Shown here: one piece after another, positions 9,403 through 18,145 of the stretch
Layout of the letters: each line of letters starts with the position of its first letter
Position numbering within the stretch: position 1 is the stretch's first letter
Source: an uncultured virus (IMG/VR IMGVR_UViG_3300029305_011606)
Lineage: Duplodnaviria > Heunggongvirae > Uroviricota > Caudoviricetes
DNA: 35,236 nucleotides
Strand: one strand, 5' to 3'
Virus record (IMG/VR): IMGVR_UViG_3300029305_011606
Position numbers and translations under genes: made by a program
The notes under the pieces: generated by a model
Told to the model about the DNA's origin: nothing
Seen by the model: the letters and a program-made list of their open reading frames with translations, nothing else
Database searches by the model: none

Positions 9403-12400
9403 GTGGGTACACAGCAAAATGATCTGATGCAAATCAATCAGGCTCTAATGGAGATGCCTTCGGCAGATGGGCTATCAAAAGCTCTTGATATGGCTGACAT
9501 TACTGTGCGCTGTCGATATCTAAGTGTTCTTGAAAATGCACCTGTGTTAATTCCAGAAAATAGAATGCAAACGGAACTTGGCAGAAATGTCAGGGTATTT
9601 CATTTGGGATGCATCACATATGCAGAGAATGAAAATATAGCCAGGAAATGCTCGGCGTTGTTTCATGCTCTAGCCGATTATAATGCATCAGCAGTGTATT
9701 GGCTTCGTAGCGATGGAGACAAAATTGATGTGTATCTTGGTACGGCAAGTGATAACCCGGCAGACTTGAGCATGGTTTTCAAGACTTTGAAGGGAGCATT
9801 CGAAGGAAATTTTCCCGGAAGTGAAGTCACGAACGAGACGGTATCTTCTAATGTTGACTTGCTGAACAGCATGCTGACATATGATGAGCAGTATCCACCA
9901 ACAATAGCGGCAGTATCTTGCTTGACAGAAGCTAATGCAGATAGTGTGCAACATGAGTTGCGTGGCTTGGAAACGCTTGTGGACAGTATGCGTGGTGAAC
10001 GGTATGACATTTTAGTCCTAGCTTCCTCGGTTTCAAGTGCAGAACTGTCAGAAATTCGTGACAACTACGAAACTCTATATACACAGCTTACACCATTTAG
10101 CAAGAATACGGTGTCGATTTCACAGAGTAATGCCGAGAGCTATACTCACGGCATTTCAACGTCAATTTCAAAGTCGGTTACTAAAACAAGGGGAACATCT
10201 CGTAGTTTCAGCCAAGGACAGAGTGTGTCCAGAAGTATGGAAGACCAGTCCTCTAGAGGCAAGGCTCTTGAGATCGGCGGTACCCTTTTGAGCATTGCTG
10301 GGATGGGAATGTTGGGATCTGCTGGTTTACTCGGGGAGGGAGTTGCTGCATTAGGTGGTTTAAGTACGGGCGTATTTATGGGTGGTGGTGTATCGAGGCT
10401 TCTTCAGCTTGCATTTGATGAAAAAAAAGCAACGGAAACCAAGGGAGACACCAAGCAGTTTACTACTGGTGATCATGAGGATGAAGGGCATACGGATGGC
10501 ACTGTAGATGGAACAAGTGATTCGTCAAGCAATTCGGTAACGAATGGACGTACTTGCCAGCTAAGCTATGAGAACAGAGCTATAAGAAGTATGCTTGATG
10601 AAATTGATACTCAAATCCAACGTCTAGAATACTGTGAAAGTGCAGGAGCATTTCGATGCGCGGCTTATGTGGTAGCCCCTGATGAGCCAACTGCCCGTAG
10701 AGTGTCTGGACTTTATCGCTCCATCATGACAGAGTCTTCATCAAGTAGTAGTAAAGTACACATCAATATCTGGAATGATCACCGTGATACGGCTGTAATC
10801 TGCGATTGCTTAAAGCAGATGAAACATCCATACTTTCAATTTTCCAATACCAACGGATTCAAGGAATTTGCGACCGCAGCGACCGTGATTCCAACGCTGG
10901 ATATGCCGCGTTTCTTCGCACTTCCTCAAAAATCATTACCAGGACTCATGGTAACCAAACATGCAGAGTTTTCTAGGAATATTCCGGAAAGCGGCAAACA
11001 AGCAGATCAGTTAATTAGGATTGGAAAATTGGTGCACATGGGAAAGGAGGAAAAGAGCACCGTTCTTTTCGACTTGGAGCAGTTGCGAAAACACGTTTTC
11101 ATCGCAGGAGCACCTGGATCGGGAAAATCAAATTTTTGCTATCATTTATTGAACTGCTTGATGAAAAAAGGCGTGCACTTCCTTGTAATAGAACCTGCAA
11201 AGGGAGAATACGCATCGGTTCTCGGTGGATGTAAGGGAGTTCATGTATATGGAACAAATGCGAGTCGGGCACCTCTTCTTCGCATTAATCCTTTCGCGTT
11301 CCCGGAAGGAACAGATTTATCAGAACATTTAGATAAGCTCATGCAGGTCTTTAATACATGTTGGCCGATGTATGCAGCAATGCCAGCAATTCTTAAGGAT
11401 GCACTAGAAAAATGTTATGCGTCCTGTGGATGGGATCTCGATGAAGGTACATGCAACCGGGAGAAACCTTTATTTCCGACTTTTAGAGATCTTATGCGCA
11501 TACTACCAGACGTAATAGAGGATGCAGGGTACTCAAGTGAAGTTCAATCAAACTACAAAGGTGCATTGCTTTCACGTGTTAAGTCTATGTCAAACGGCAT
11601 TCTTGGTCGTATTTTTTGCGGAAACGAAATACCGGATGAAATGCTGTTCGACAAAAACGTTTGCGTGGATATCAGCCGCCTAGGATCCGAAGAAACTAAG
11701 TCTTTGATCATGGGTATGTTGATTATCAGAATGACGGAGTATCGTGTTCAGCAGCATCACGGTATCAACGAAGATCTTCAACATGTCACTTTGCTTGAGG
11801 AAGCACATCATTTGCTAAGGAAGCATACGGCTTCAGCGTCAATGGAATCAGCAGATGCGGCAGGATTATCTACAGTTTTGCTTACGAATGCAATTGCTGA
11901 AATGCGTACATATGGTGAGGGATTCCTAATTGCAGATCAAACACCATCGTGCATGGAGGAGGCAGTAATAAGCAACACGAGTGCAAAAGTAGTTTTTAGA
12001 TTGCCGAACGTGATCGATAGAATGCCAGTAGGAAATGCGATGGGATTGAATGAAGAGCAGATGAGAGAACTATCCCTACTGGATACGGGAATCGCTGTTG
12101 TACATCAAGGCTCTTGGTCGGAGCCAGTTCTTTGCAAGATTGATTTTTATTCTCCTGATAGGTATCAACCCTATATTCATGATCAGAAGAATAATACAGA
12201 TCAATCGGAACTAAGAGCGGCTCGAAGTTTGGCTCTGAGTATCTTCTTAGCAAATAGAACTAAGCGGCGCTACGAGAATCATAAATTGATGAAAACTTCC
12301 TTGGAGACGTTGAGTCTTGGGCGGCGTGCTTCTGACAGGATACTATATAGTTGTCTTGATGAGTATGTGAAACGAGGGACTATTCCGGAATGGAAGATGT

Positions 12401-12660
12401 TATCAACTCAATGTGGATGTGCAGATGCTATTCTAGATGGATTTATCCTATTTGAGGAGATGGATATTTCTCTGAAAGAGTGGAATCAGCGTGCGGAAAA
12501 GCATATATCAAGATCTTTCGACTTGGATTCCGAAGATATGGCGGCGGCAATTAGTCTTTTGATAATGGGAAGAAGCTCTGGTTCCGAATCAATGACCTTG
12601 TTCTACACCCAATGGTTTATGTATAGTAAGAAACAACGTGCTAGCAAGAGAAAGGAGTAA
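9403..12660 (+). CDS. Large HerA/FtsK/VirB4-superfamily P-loop ATPase
   Basis: HVFIAGAPGSGKS (Walker A), VIEPAKGEY, VTLLEEAH (Walker B), EMRTYG, IADQTP and ISNT. AGGAGG precedes GTG 9403. Confidence 0.88.
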   Translation: MGTQQNDLMQINQALMEMPSADGLSKALDMADITVRCRYLSVLENAPVLIPENRMQTELGRNVRVFHLGCITYAENENIARKCSALFHALADYNASAVYWLRSDGDKIDVYLGTASDNPADLSMVFKTLKGAFEGNFPGSEVTNETVSSNVDLLNSMLTYDEQYPPTIAAVSCLTEANADSVQHELRGLETLVDSMRGERYDILVLASSVSSAELSEIRDNYETLYTQLTPFSKNTVSISQSNAESYTHGISTSISKSVTKTRGTSRSFSQGQSVSRSMEDQSSRGKALEIGGTLLSIAGMGMLGSAGLLGEGVAALGGLSTGVFMGGGVSRLLQLAFDEKKATETKGDTKQFTTGDHEDEGHTDGTVDGTSDSSSNSVTNGRTCQLSYENRAIRSMLDEIDTQIQRLEYCESAGAFRCAAYVVAPDEPTARRVSGLYRSIMTESSSSSSKVHINIWNDHRDTAVICDCLKQMKHPYFQFSNTNGFKEFATAATVIPTLDMPRFFALPQKSLPGLMVTKHAEFSRNIPESGKQADQLIRIGKLVHMGKEEKSTVLFDLEQLRKHVFIAGAPGSGKSNFCYHLLNCLMKKGVHFLVIEPAKGEYASVLGGCKGVHVYGTNASRAPLLRINPFAFPEGTDLSEHLDKLMQVFNTCWPMYAAMPAILKDALEKCYASCGWDLDEGTCNREKPLFPTFRDLMRILPDVIEDAGYSSEVQSNYKGALLSRVKSMSNGILGRIFCGNEIPDEMLFDKNVCVDISRLGSEETKSLIMGMLIIRMTEYRVQQHHGINEDLQHVTLLEEAHHLLRKHTASASMESADAAGLSTVLLTNAIAEMRTYGEGFLIADQTPSCMEEAVISNTSAKVVFRLPNVIDRMPVGNAMGLNEEQMRELSLLDTGIAVVHQGSWSEPVLCKIDFYSPDRYQPYIHDQKNNTDQSELRAARSLALSIFLANRTKRRYENHKLMKTSLETLSLGRRASDRILYSCLDEYVKRGTIPEWKMLSTQCGCADAILDGFILFEEMDISLKEWNQRAEKHISRSFDLDSEDMAAAISLLIMGRSSGSESMTLFYTQWFMYSKKQRASKRKE

Positions 12661-12665
12661 GGACA

Positions 12666-12992
12666 ATGAAACGAATCATTTTGTTTGACTCGACTCGCAA
12701 GGAACTTGGAGATGTAAGGATTGACTCCATTGTAGGCCGCATTGAAGCAAACCTACGGAATGATTCTTCAGCTGTGGAAAGTGCATTGAATGAAATGCTG
12801 ACTTCTATTGCGGAAGATGGTGTGCTGTTCGTTTCAAAAGCACAACGACAGAATGATATGATTCTTGAAACACGCGAGAAAATCACACTGAAGCATCCAC
12901 AAGCTTTGAATGCATTGGCTGATGCAATCAATCACTATACAAACTGGCCGCAGCGGATATTTGCTGTAATTCAAAACAGGGAGGAGGAATAA
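12666..12992 (+). CDS. Hypothetical protein (108 aa)
   Basis: AAGGAG/AAGGA RBS. Lies 5 nt after the ATPase stop and 2 nt before the next gene. Confidence 0.75.
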   Translation: MKRIILFDSTRKELGDVRIDSIVGRIEANLRNDSSAVESALNEMLTSIAEDGVLFVSKAQRQNDMILETREKITLKHPQALNALADAINHYTNWPQRIFAVIQNREEE

Positions 12993-12994
12993 TC

Positions 12995-13744
12995 ATGAAT
13001 CCTTTTGAGAATTTCGAACGTAATTCCTTTTCCCCTGAGCGCAACATCCTCAATATTGAAGGGTTTGATGAGTACTCTGATTTGTCTAAAGCGGAAGTAG
13101 AAGGAATAATTAAGGATTTGGTTCCTGAAGATCACTTGGAGAAATGCGAGAATATTACATGCTCTGTTGATCGCGCTTTGTGGGATTCTTTTCCAGAAGC
13201 ATTGGGTCTATATAACATTGAAACAAGAGATATTACATTGGCCAGTAGCAAAGTGTTTGACATAACCGGTGAAAATGAAATTGAAGTTTTGTTCCATGAA
13301 ATTGGACATAACGCTCACGCTGTTTTAATGGATCATAACCCAGAAGCGGCTGCCGAATGGGCAGAGTTGCATGAAAGTACGCTCGAAACGAATGCACTGG
13401 ACGGCTTTGGATTTGTTTCAGAGTATGCAAAAACGGATGTATATGAGGATTTTGCGGAAAGCTATTCGCAGTACATTGCAAATCCAGCTTTGCTCGAATT
13501 TATGTCTCCTGAGAAGTATGCTTTTATGAAAACGCAGGTATATGATGGAAGGGAGTATGGCCGAGTAACAGTAGGCAGTGGTCAGTATGCAATGTACGAA
13601 AAGAGCGTGGCTGATGCCTTGCAGGCTGCTGTAAGAGACGCTGGTGTTGATAGTAGGTATACAACTATAGAGGTGGGCGGCAAATTCGAACCGATCAAGG
13701 ATACCTATCGATGCTTCAGTATTGTTGCAAGCAGCGCTAGTTAA
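12995..13744 (+). CDS. Zincin-like (HExxH...E) metallopeptidase
   Basis: VLFHEIGHN plus FVSEYAKTDVYEDFAESY...PEKYAFM, a pattern typical of lethal-factor-like gluzincins. GGAGGAGG RBS. No signal peptide. Confidence 0.85.
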   Translation: MNPFENFERNSFSPERNILNIEGFDEYSDLSKAEVEGIIKDLVPEDHLEKCENITCSVDRALWDSFPEALGLYNIETRDITLASSKVFDITGENEIEVLFHEIGHNAHAVLMDHNPEAAAEWAELHESTLETNALDGFGFVSEYAKTDVYEDFAESYSQYIANPALLEFMSPEKYAFMKTQVYDGREYGRVTVGSGQYAMYEKSVADALQAAVRDAGVDSRYTTIEVGGKFEPIKDTYRCFSIVASSAS

Positions 13745-13846
13745 GCCGTTTTGTCTAGAAGTGCATATTGACCTTACGTGTGAGTATGCACTTCTAAGAC
13801 ATGAATTTGAATATGAAGAAGAAATACGGAAAACGGAGGGGAGAAA

Positions 13847-15232
13847 ATGGGAGCAAGAGAAATTCACTTTCATAAGGCTGTTCACGCCTATAAACGTGGT
13901 TCTCATGTGTATTTTCTCAATTCTGCGAATGGCGCATGGGTTGCCATGCCATCGAGTTATGCAAAATGCTTGATGGAAGAACAGGATATTGTGAATCATA
14001 GTAAGGAATATATGTACGCCTATGATACCCTCGCTAATGCGTCAATTATACAAGATGTTCAACACGCGGAAAAGCAGAGTATATGCGAGCATAAGCCGTT
14101 GATTGTTCAGTTTCAAACAACAGGCGAGTGTAATTTACAGTGTATCTATTGTTTTAATGAGCCATCATTACGTACACATGTAATGAGTGAAACGATAATG
14201 AAGCAGTCGGTAGATTATGTCTATTCCCACCCTCAGGCTTGTTATGGAGTTCACTTTAGCATATATGGCGGAGAGCCCCTAATGCAACGAGATTTGCTTT
14301 ATAGTACGATCCGTTACATTAGAAAAAAGCAACCTGATAAGAATACAACTATTAGTGTTATAACCAATGGAACATTGTTAACGAGTGAGGACGTTTCCTT
14401 TTTCTTATCACAGAATGCAATAGTTAATGTCTCTTTTGATGGTTTGCCATGTTTTCAGGATCAGAACAGAAAGGATAAGAATGCGCGAAATACAAGTGAA
14501 CAAGTATTGAGTGCAATAGGAAAGCTTAAGCATCTTCCGAATTTGAGCATTCTGACAACAGTGACTCATGAAATGTCGTCCAAATTGTTAGACATTGTGC
14601 TCTTCGCAGAAGAAAATGGATTTCCGGGCGTAGAATTTATGCCACTTCGTATGTTAGGCACAGCGGAAAATAACAATTCGCTAACAGTTGATGTCAAAGC
14701 ATATATCAAAGCTATGATGGAAATTGTTGAAGCAATTGAGGAAAAACAGATTAAACAAACCGCTGTACGTGCGCTTTTAAGAATGCTCTATCCCTTGGAA
14801 ACTATGCAGACGGTACACGGCGAGATAGGATGTGCTCGATGTGGTGCGGGGCGTGATACTATTCTTATTACTTGCAGTGGTGAAATTAAGGGATGCGACA
14901 TGCTTCCAGAACATCATTCTCCGGTGATAGGAAATGTATGGGATGGAATAACGGCTTTGGAAAAGCTTGATTGTATTGTTCAACCTGGATATACTAAACT
15001 TAAAGCATGTTCTCAATGCATATGGAATAGATACTGCCGTAGCGGATGCACAGGAGCAAGTGCCAGTGACCAAGATGATTATTTGTCGAAGCATGAAATG
15101 ACTTGCATGATAAATAAAGCACTATATCCTTATTTGTTGGAAAAGCTTGCAACTGATGGAGGTGTGTTGCACGAATATTTCTTGACGCATACTACATCAA
15201 TCTATGACCACGATGGAGTAGCGAAGGAGTAA
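13847..15232 (+). CDS. Radical SAM/SPASM maturase 2 with an N-terminal extension (possible RRE)
   Basis: CNLQCIYC, YGGEP, ITNG, VSFDG and SPASM cysteines RCGAG...GC...CSQC.WNRYCRSGC...C. About 85 residues precede the rSAM core. Confidence 0.92.
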   Translation: MGAREIHFHKAVHAYKRGSHVYFLNSANGAWVAMPSSYAKCLMEEQDIVNHSKEYMYAYDTLANASIIQDVQHAEKQSICEHKPLIVQFQTTGECNLQCIYCFNEPSLRTHVMSETIMKQSVDYVYSHPQACYGVHFSIYGGEPLMQRDLLYSTIRYIRKKQPDKNTTISVITNGTLLTSEDVSFFLSQNAIVNVSFDGLPCFQDQNRKDKNARNTSEQVLSAIGKLKHLPNLSILTTVTHEMSSKLLDIVLFAEENGFPGVEFMPLRMLGTAENNNSLTVDVKAYIKAMMEIVEAIEEKQIKQTAVRALLRMLYPLETMQTVHGEIGCARCGAGRDTILITCSGEIKGCDMLPEHHSPVIGNVWDGITALEKLDCIVQPGYTKLKACSQCIWNRYCRSGCTGASASDQDDYLSKHEMTCMINKALYPYLLEKLATDGGVLHEYFLTHTTSIYDHDGVAKE

Positions 15233-15291
15233 TTATCAATGTTTTTGTTTTTAGTCGTCAAATGGTTTTCGACTAATACGATCTCTAGTAG

Positions 15292-15318
15292 AAAAGTGCG
15301 GGATTATCTCGCACTTTT
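15292..15318. terminator. Bidirectional-type intrinsic terminator closing the dynamin/rSAM operon
   Basis: AAAAGTGCGGGA-tta-TCTCGCACTTTT (one G-U pair), followed by GTT. Confidence 0.75.
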
Positions 15319-15391
15319 GTTATAGACGCTATGTGATATTAATCAAAAGGTGTCGTATCCCAGTAAAAATCAAGAAGGAGACAAAGCGTAT

Positions 15392-16387
15392 ATGCCGCTA
15401 CAAATCATCAGAGAAAACATAGTCCATATGAAAACTGATGCTATCGTCAATACAACCAATACTTCCTTGCAGGCTGGTGGTGGCGTATGCGGCTCGATCT
15501 TTGACTCGGCTGGATATGAAGCTATGAAAAAAGCTTGCCAGACAATTGGACGCTGCGAAATCGGTATGGCGGTCATAACTCCTGGCTTTGATCTGCCTGC
15601 AAAGTATGTGATCCATACCGTTGGCCCTGCATGGCATGGCGGTACATATGGAGAGGAAACCATATTGCGCTCATGCTATCGTTCTGCGCTGATGCTGGCC
15701 GTAAGGAATCATTTAGCATCGATATCCTTTCCTCTGATTGCAACCGGCCTGTTGGGTTATCCAAAGGATGAAGCTTTGTCGGTGGCCGTATCAGAGATTT
15801 CGCTATTCTTGATGCGCCATGAATTGCTGGTCAATATTGTCGTATATGACAGGAACTCCTTTCAGCTGTCTCAAAAGCTATTTGACTCAGTTTCAAGCTA
15901 TATTGATGACAAGTATGTAGATGAACGCATGAATCTTGCACATCTACTGCCTGTGATGGGTATGCCAGCCGCTGCGTATATGCCCAAAACAGCTATTTTT
16001 GCCGGAGCTGCGTTACAAAGAAAACTTAAGGATGTTCTAAAACAGTTGGATGAGACCTTTTCTGAATCGTTAATCAGGATGATTGATGATAAGGGAAAAA
16101 CGGATGTAGAAGTTTATAAAAAGGCAAATATTGATCGGAAGCATTTTTCAAAAATCAAGAACAACAAAGAGTACAAGCCTAAAAAGGAAACTGCATTGGC
16201 TTTGGCTATTGGGCTGGAGCTTTCTCTGGATGAAACAAAGGATTTGCTCTCGCGCGCTGGCTTTGCCCTTTCACATGCGAGTAAGCAAGATTTGGTAGTT
16301 GAGTATTTCATTGAAATAGGAAACTATGATATCAACCAGATCAATGAAGCACTGTTTGCTTTCGATCAGCCTCAGTTAGGCGGCTGA
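15392..16387 (+). CDS. Macrodomain fused to a C-terminal XRE-like HTH (putative ADP-ribose-sensing regulator)
   Basis: Macro motifs DAIVNTTN..L.AGGGVC, YVIHTVGP and SISFPLIATG. The C-terminus VEVYKKANIDRKHFSKIK...P.KETALALAIGLEL is HTH-like. AAGGAG RBS. Confidence 0.88.
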   Translation: MPLQIIRENIVHMKTDAIVNTTNTSLQAGGGVCGSIFDSAGYEAMKKACQTIGRCEIGMAVITPGFDLPAKYVIHTVGPAWHGGTYGEETILRSCYRSALMLAVRNHLASISFPLIATGLLGYPKDEALSVAVSEISLFLMRHELLVNIVVYDRNSFQLSQKLFDSVSSYIDDKYVDERMNLAHLLPVMGMPAAAYMPKTAIFAGAALQRKLKDVLKQLDETFSESLIRMIDDKGKTDVEVYKKANIDRKHFSKIKNNKEYKPKKETALALAIGLELSLDETKDLLSRAGFALSHASKQDLVVEYFIEIGNYDINQINEALFAFDQPQLGG

Positions 16388-16390
16388 AAA

Positions 16391-16435
16391 TGTCGCCTGG
16401 CATGCGACCATTTTGAGAATGCGATGCGGTATAAT
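16391..16435 (+). promoter_or_regulatory. Palindromic operator and -10 box upstream of the vWA/NADAR genes
   Basis: TGTCGC-ctggcat-GCGACC (16391-16409), 20 nt, then TATAAT (16430-16435). The same architecture recurs at 26494. Confidence 0.65.
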
Positions 16436-16481
16436 ATGTGTGGCGGATATATTACACGAATTGCATTGGAGGAAATGCGTC

Positions 16482-17126
16482 ATGAAAAAAGATCTTACTG
16501 AATTGGTTTTTATTCTGGATCGTAGCGGCTCAATGTCTGGCCTTGAGAGCGATACTATCGGTGGCTATAATAGTTTGCTGGAAAAGCAGCGAAAGGAAGT
16601 TGGCGCTGCAATTATTACAACCGTGCTGTTTGACGATAAGTATGAGTTGCTTCATGACAGGATCGATATCAAGGGTGTTGCTCCTATTACAAACAAAGAT
16701 TACTATGTACGTGGCTGTACAGCGTTATTAGATGCAGTAGGCAAGACTGTTGCAAAGATTGAAAATGCGCAGCTGCATACCATGGAAATAGAGCGTCCTG
16801 AAAAAACGCTGGTAGTCATTACAACGGATGGTATGGAGAATTCCAGTCATGAGTTTTCCAAGGAGAAGGTCAAAACCTTGGTTGAACGAATGCAGAGTGA
16901 ATACGGCTGGGAATTCATATTCCTAGGGGCAAACATCGATTCTATCAAAACTGCTGGTGGTATCGGGATTGGAGCACACAGGACAGCGAACTACCATGCT
17001 GATCATGCAGGAACAGCTATGAACTTTAATGTTGCAGCAAATGTCATATCACAATTACGAACCAAACGCAGCGTAAGCGACGACTGGAAAGATGAAATTG
17101 ACCGTGACTATACTGAAAGAAAGTGA
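16482..17126 (+). CDS. von Willebrand factor A domain protein
   Basis: MIDAS motif FILDRSGSM, GCTALLDA and VVITTDG.EN. GGAGG RBS. Confidence 0.92.
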   Translation: MKKDLTELVFILDRSGSMSGLESDTIGGYNSLLEKQRKEVGAAIITTVLFDDKYELLHDRIDIKGVAPITNKDYYVRGCTALLDAVGKTVAKIENAQLHTMEIERPEKTLVVITTDGMENSSHEFSKEKVKTLVERMQSEYGWEFIFLGANIDSIKTAGGIGIGAHRTANYHADHAGTAMNFNVAANVISQLRTKRSVSDDWKDEIDRDYTERK

Positions 17127-17132
17127 TCATAT

Positions 17133-18125
17133 ATGATGTCCAATGAACCTATCACCCGCTTCCGACTTACCTACGACTTTTTGAGCAATTTCTATCCAAC
17201 TACGGTAATCATTGATGGTATAGAATACCTCAGCTCGGAAGCGGCGTTTCAGGCGTACAAGTGCAAGGATATCGGGGATCGGCATCAGTTTACCAAGATT
17301 TCTGCGGATGAATCCAAGCGGCTGGGGCGCAAGGTTGAGCTCCGTACTGACTGGGATCTGGTGAAGCTGGACGTGATGCGCAGAGTGGTTCGCGCAAAGT
17401 TCGAACAGCATCCGAACCTGGCGCAGTATCTGCTTGATACCGGGGATACCGATCTGATCGAAGGAAACACTTGGCACGATGTCTACTGGGGCGTGGATCT
17501 GAAAACCGGCGAAGGAGAAAACAATCTTGGAAAGATCCTGATGGCCTTGCGTCAAGAGTTCAGGGAGAATGGGCTTCCGAAGCCTGATGTCTCCTTGCAG
17601 AATTACATGACTTTTGAAGCAGACGATGGCATCTGCCTGCAATTCCGCGACATAACGGAAATCAAGTGCGACTGTATCGTAAATGCCGCCAATGAAACCC
17701 TGTTGGGCGGCGGTGGCGTGGATGCCGCGATTCATCGTGCAGCAGGCCCGGAACTGCTGGAGGAGTGCCGCACGCTGGGTGGGTGCGGCGTAACGGATGC
17801 GAAGCTGACCAAGGGTTATCGCTTACCTGCAAAGTATGTAATCCATACGGTTGGGCCGCACTATGGCGTTAAGGGAGACGCCGAATTGTTGGCGCTGACT
17901 TACCGTAATGTGCTGGATCTTGCGGCAGAGCGCGGTGTTCACAGCATCGCATTCCCTGCGATTTCTGCGGGCAAGTTCAGCTATCCCAAGGAGGCAGCAA
18001 CGAGCATTGCTGTACAGACCATTCGGGATTGGAAGAATGAACATTTGGATTATGAGATGCAAGTAATTCTGACTTGCGTGGATATGGGAATCTACAACGG
18101 TTTCCAGCAAGCATTGAAACAATGA
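17133..18125 (+). CDS. NADAR (YbiA-like) and macrodomain fusion protein
   Basis: NADAR: FLSNFY, SEAAFQAYK, AKFEQH, LIEGN.WHDVYWG, GENNLG.ILM. Macro: DCIVNAAN..LLGGGGVD.AIH.AAG, SIAFPAISAG. Confidence 0.93.
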   Translation: MMSNEPITRFRLTYDFLSNFYPTTVIIDGIEYLSSEAAFQAYKCKDIGDRHQFTKISADESKRLGRKVELRTDWDLVKLDVMRRVVRAKFEQHPNLAQYLLDTGDTDLIEGNTWHDVYWGVDLKTGEGENNLGKILMALRQEFRENGLPKPDVSLQNYMTFEADDGICLQFRDITEIKCDCIVNAANETLLGGGGVDAAIHRAAGPELLEECRTLGGCGVTDAKLTKGYRLPAKYVIHTVGPHYGVKGDAELLALTYRNVLDLAAERGVHSIAFPAISAGKFSYPKEAATSIAVQTIRDWKNEHLDYEMQVILTCVDMGIYNGFQQALKQ

Positions 18126-18145
18126 ACAAGTGAGAGGTGAGGAAC

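Noticed and set aside
9403..12660. ATPase as part of a conjugative T4SS or T7SS
   Set aside because: No relaxase, VirB6/VirB1-like, WXG100 or Ess genes in the window, and the protein has a single ATPase domain.
13722..13973. Small ORFs before rSAM2 as a second precursor peptide
   Set aside because: The 83-aa ORF overlaps both neighbours, and the short ORF at 13801-13875 has no Cys and no clear RBS.
15251..15276. Inverted repeat TTAGTCG-N12-CGACTAA as another operator copy
   Set aside because: It shares the GTCG/CGAC core, but the spacing differs by 3 nt and it lies upstream of the terminator. Function unsupported.
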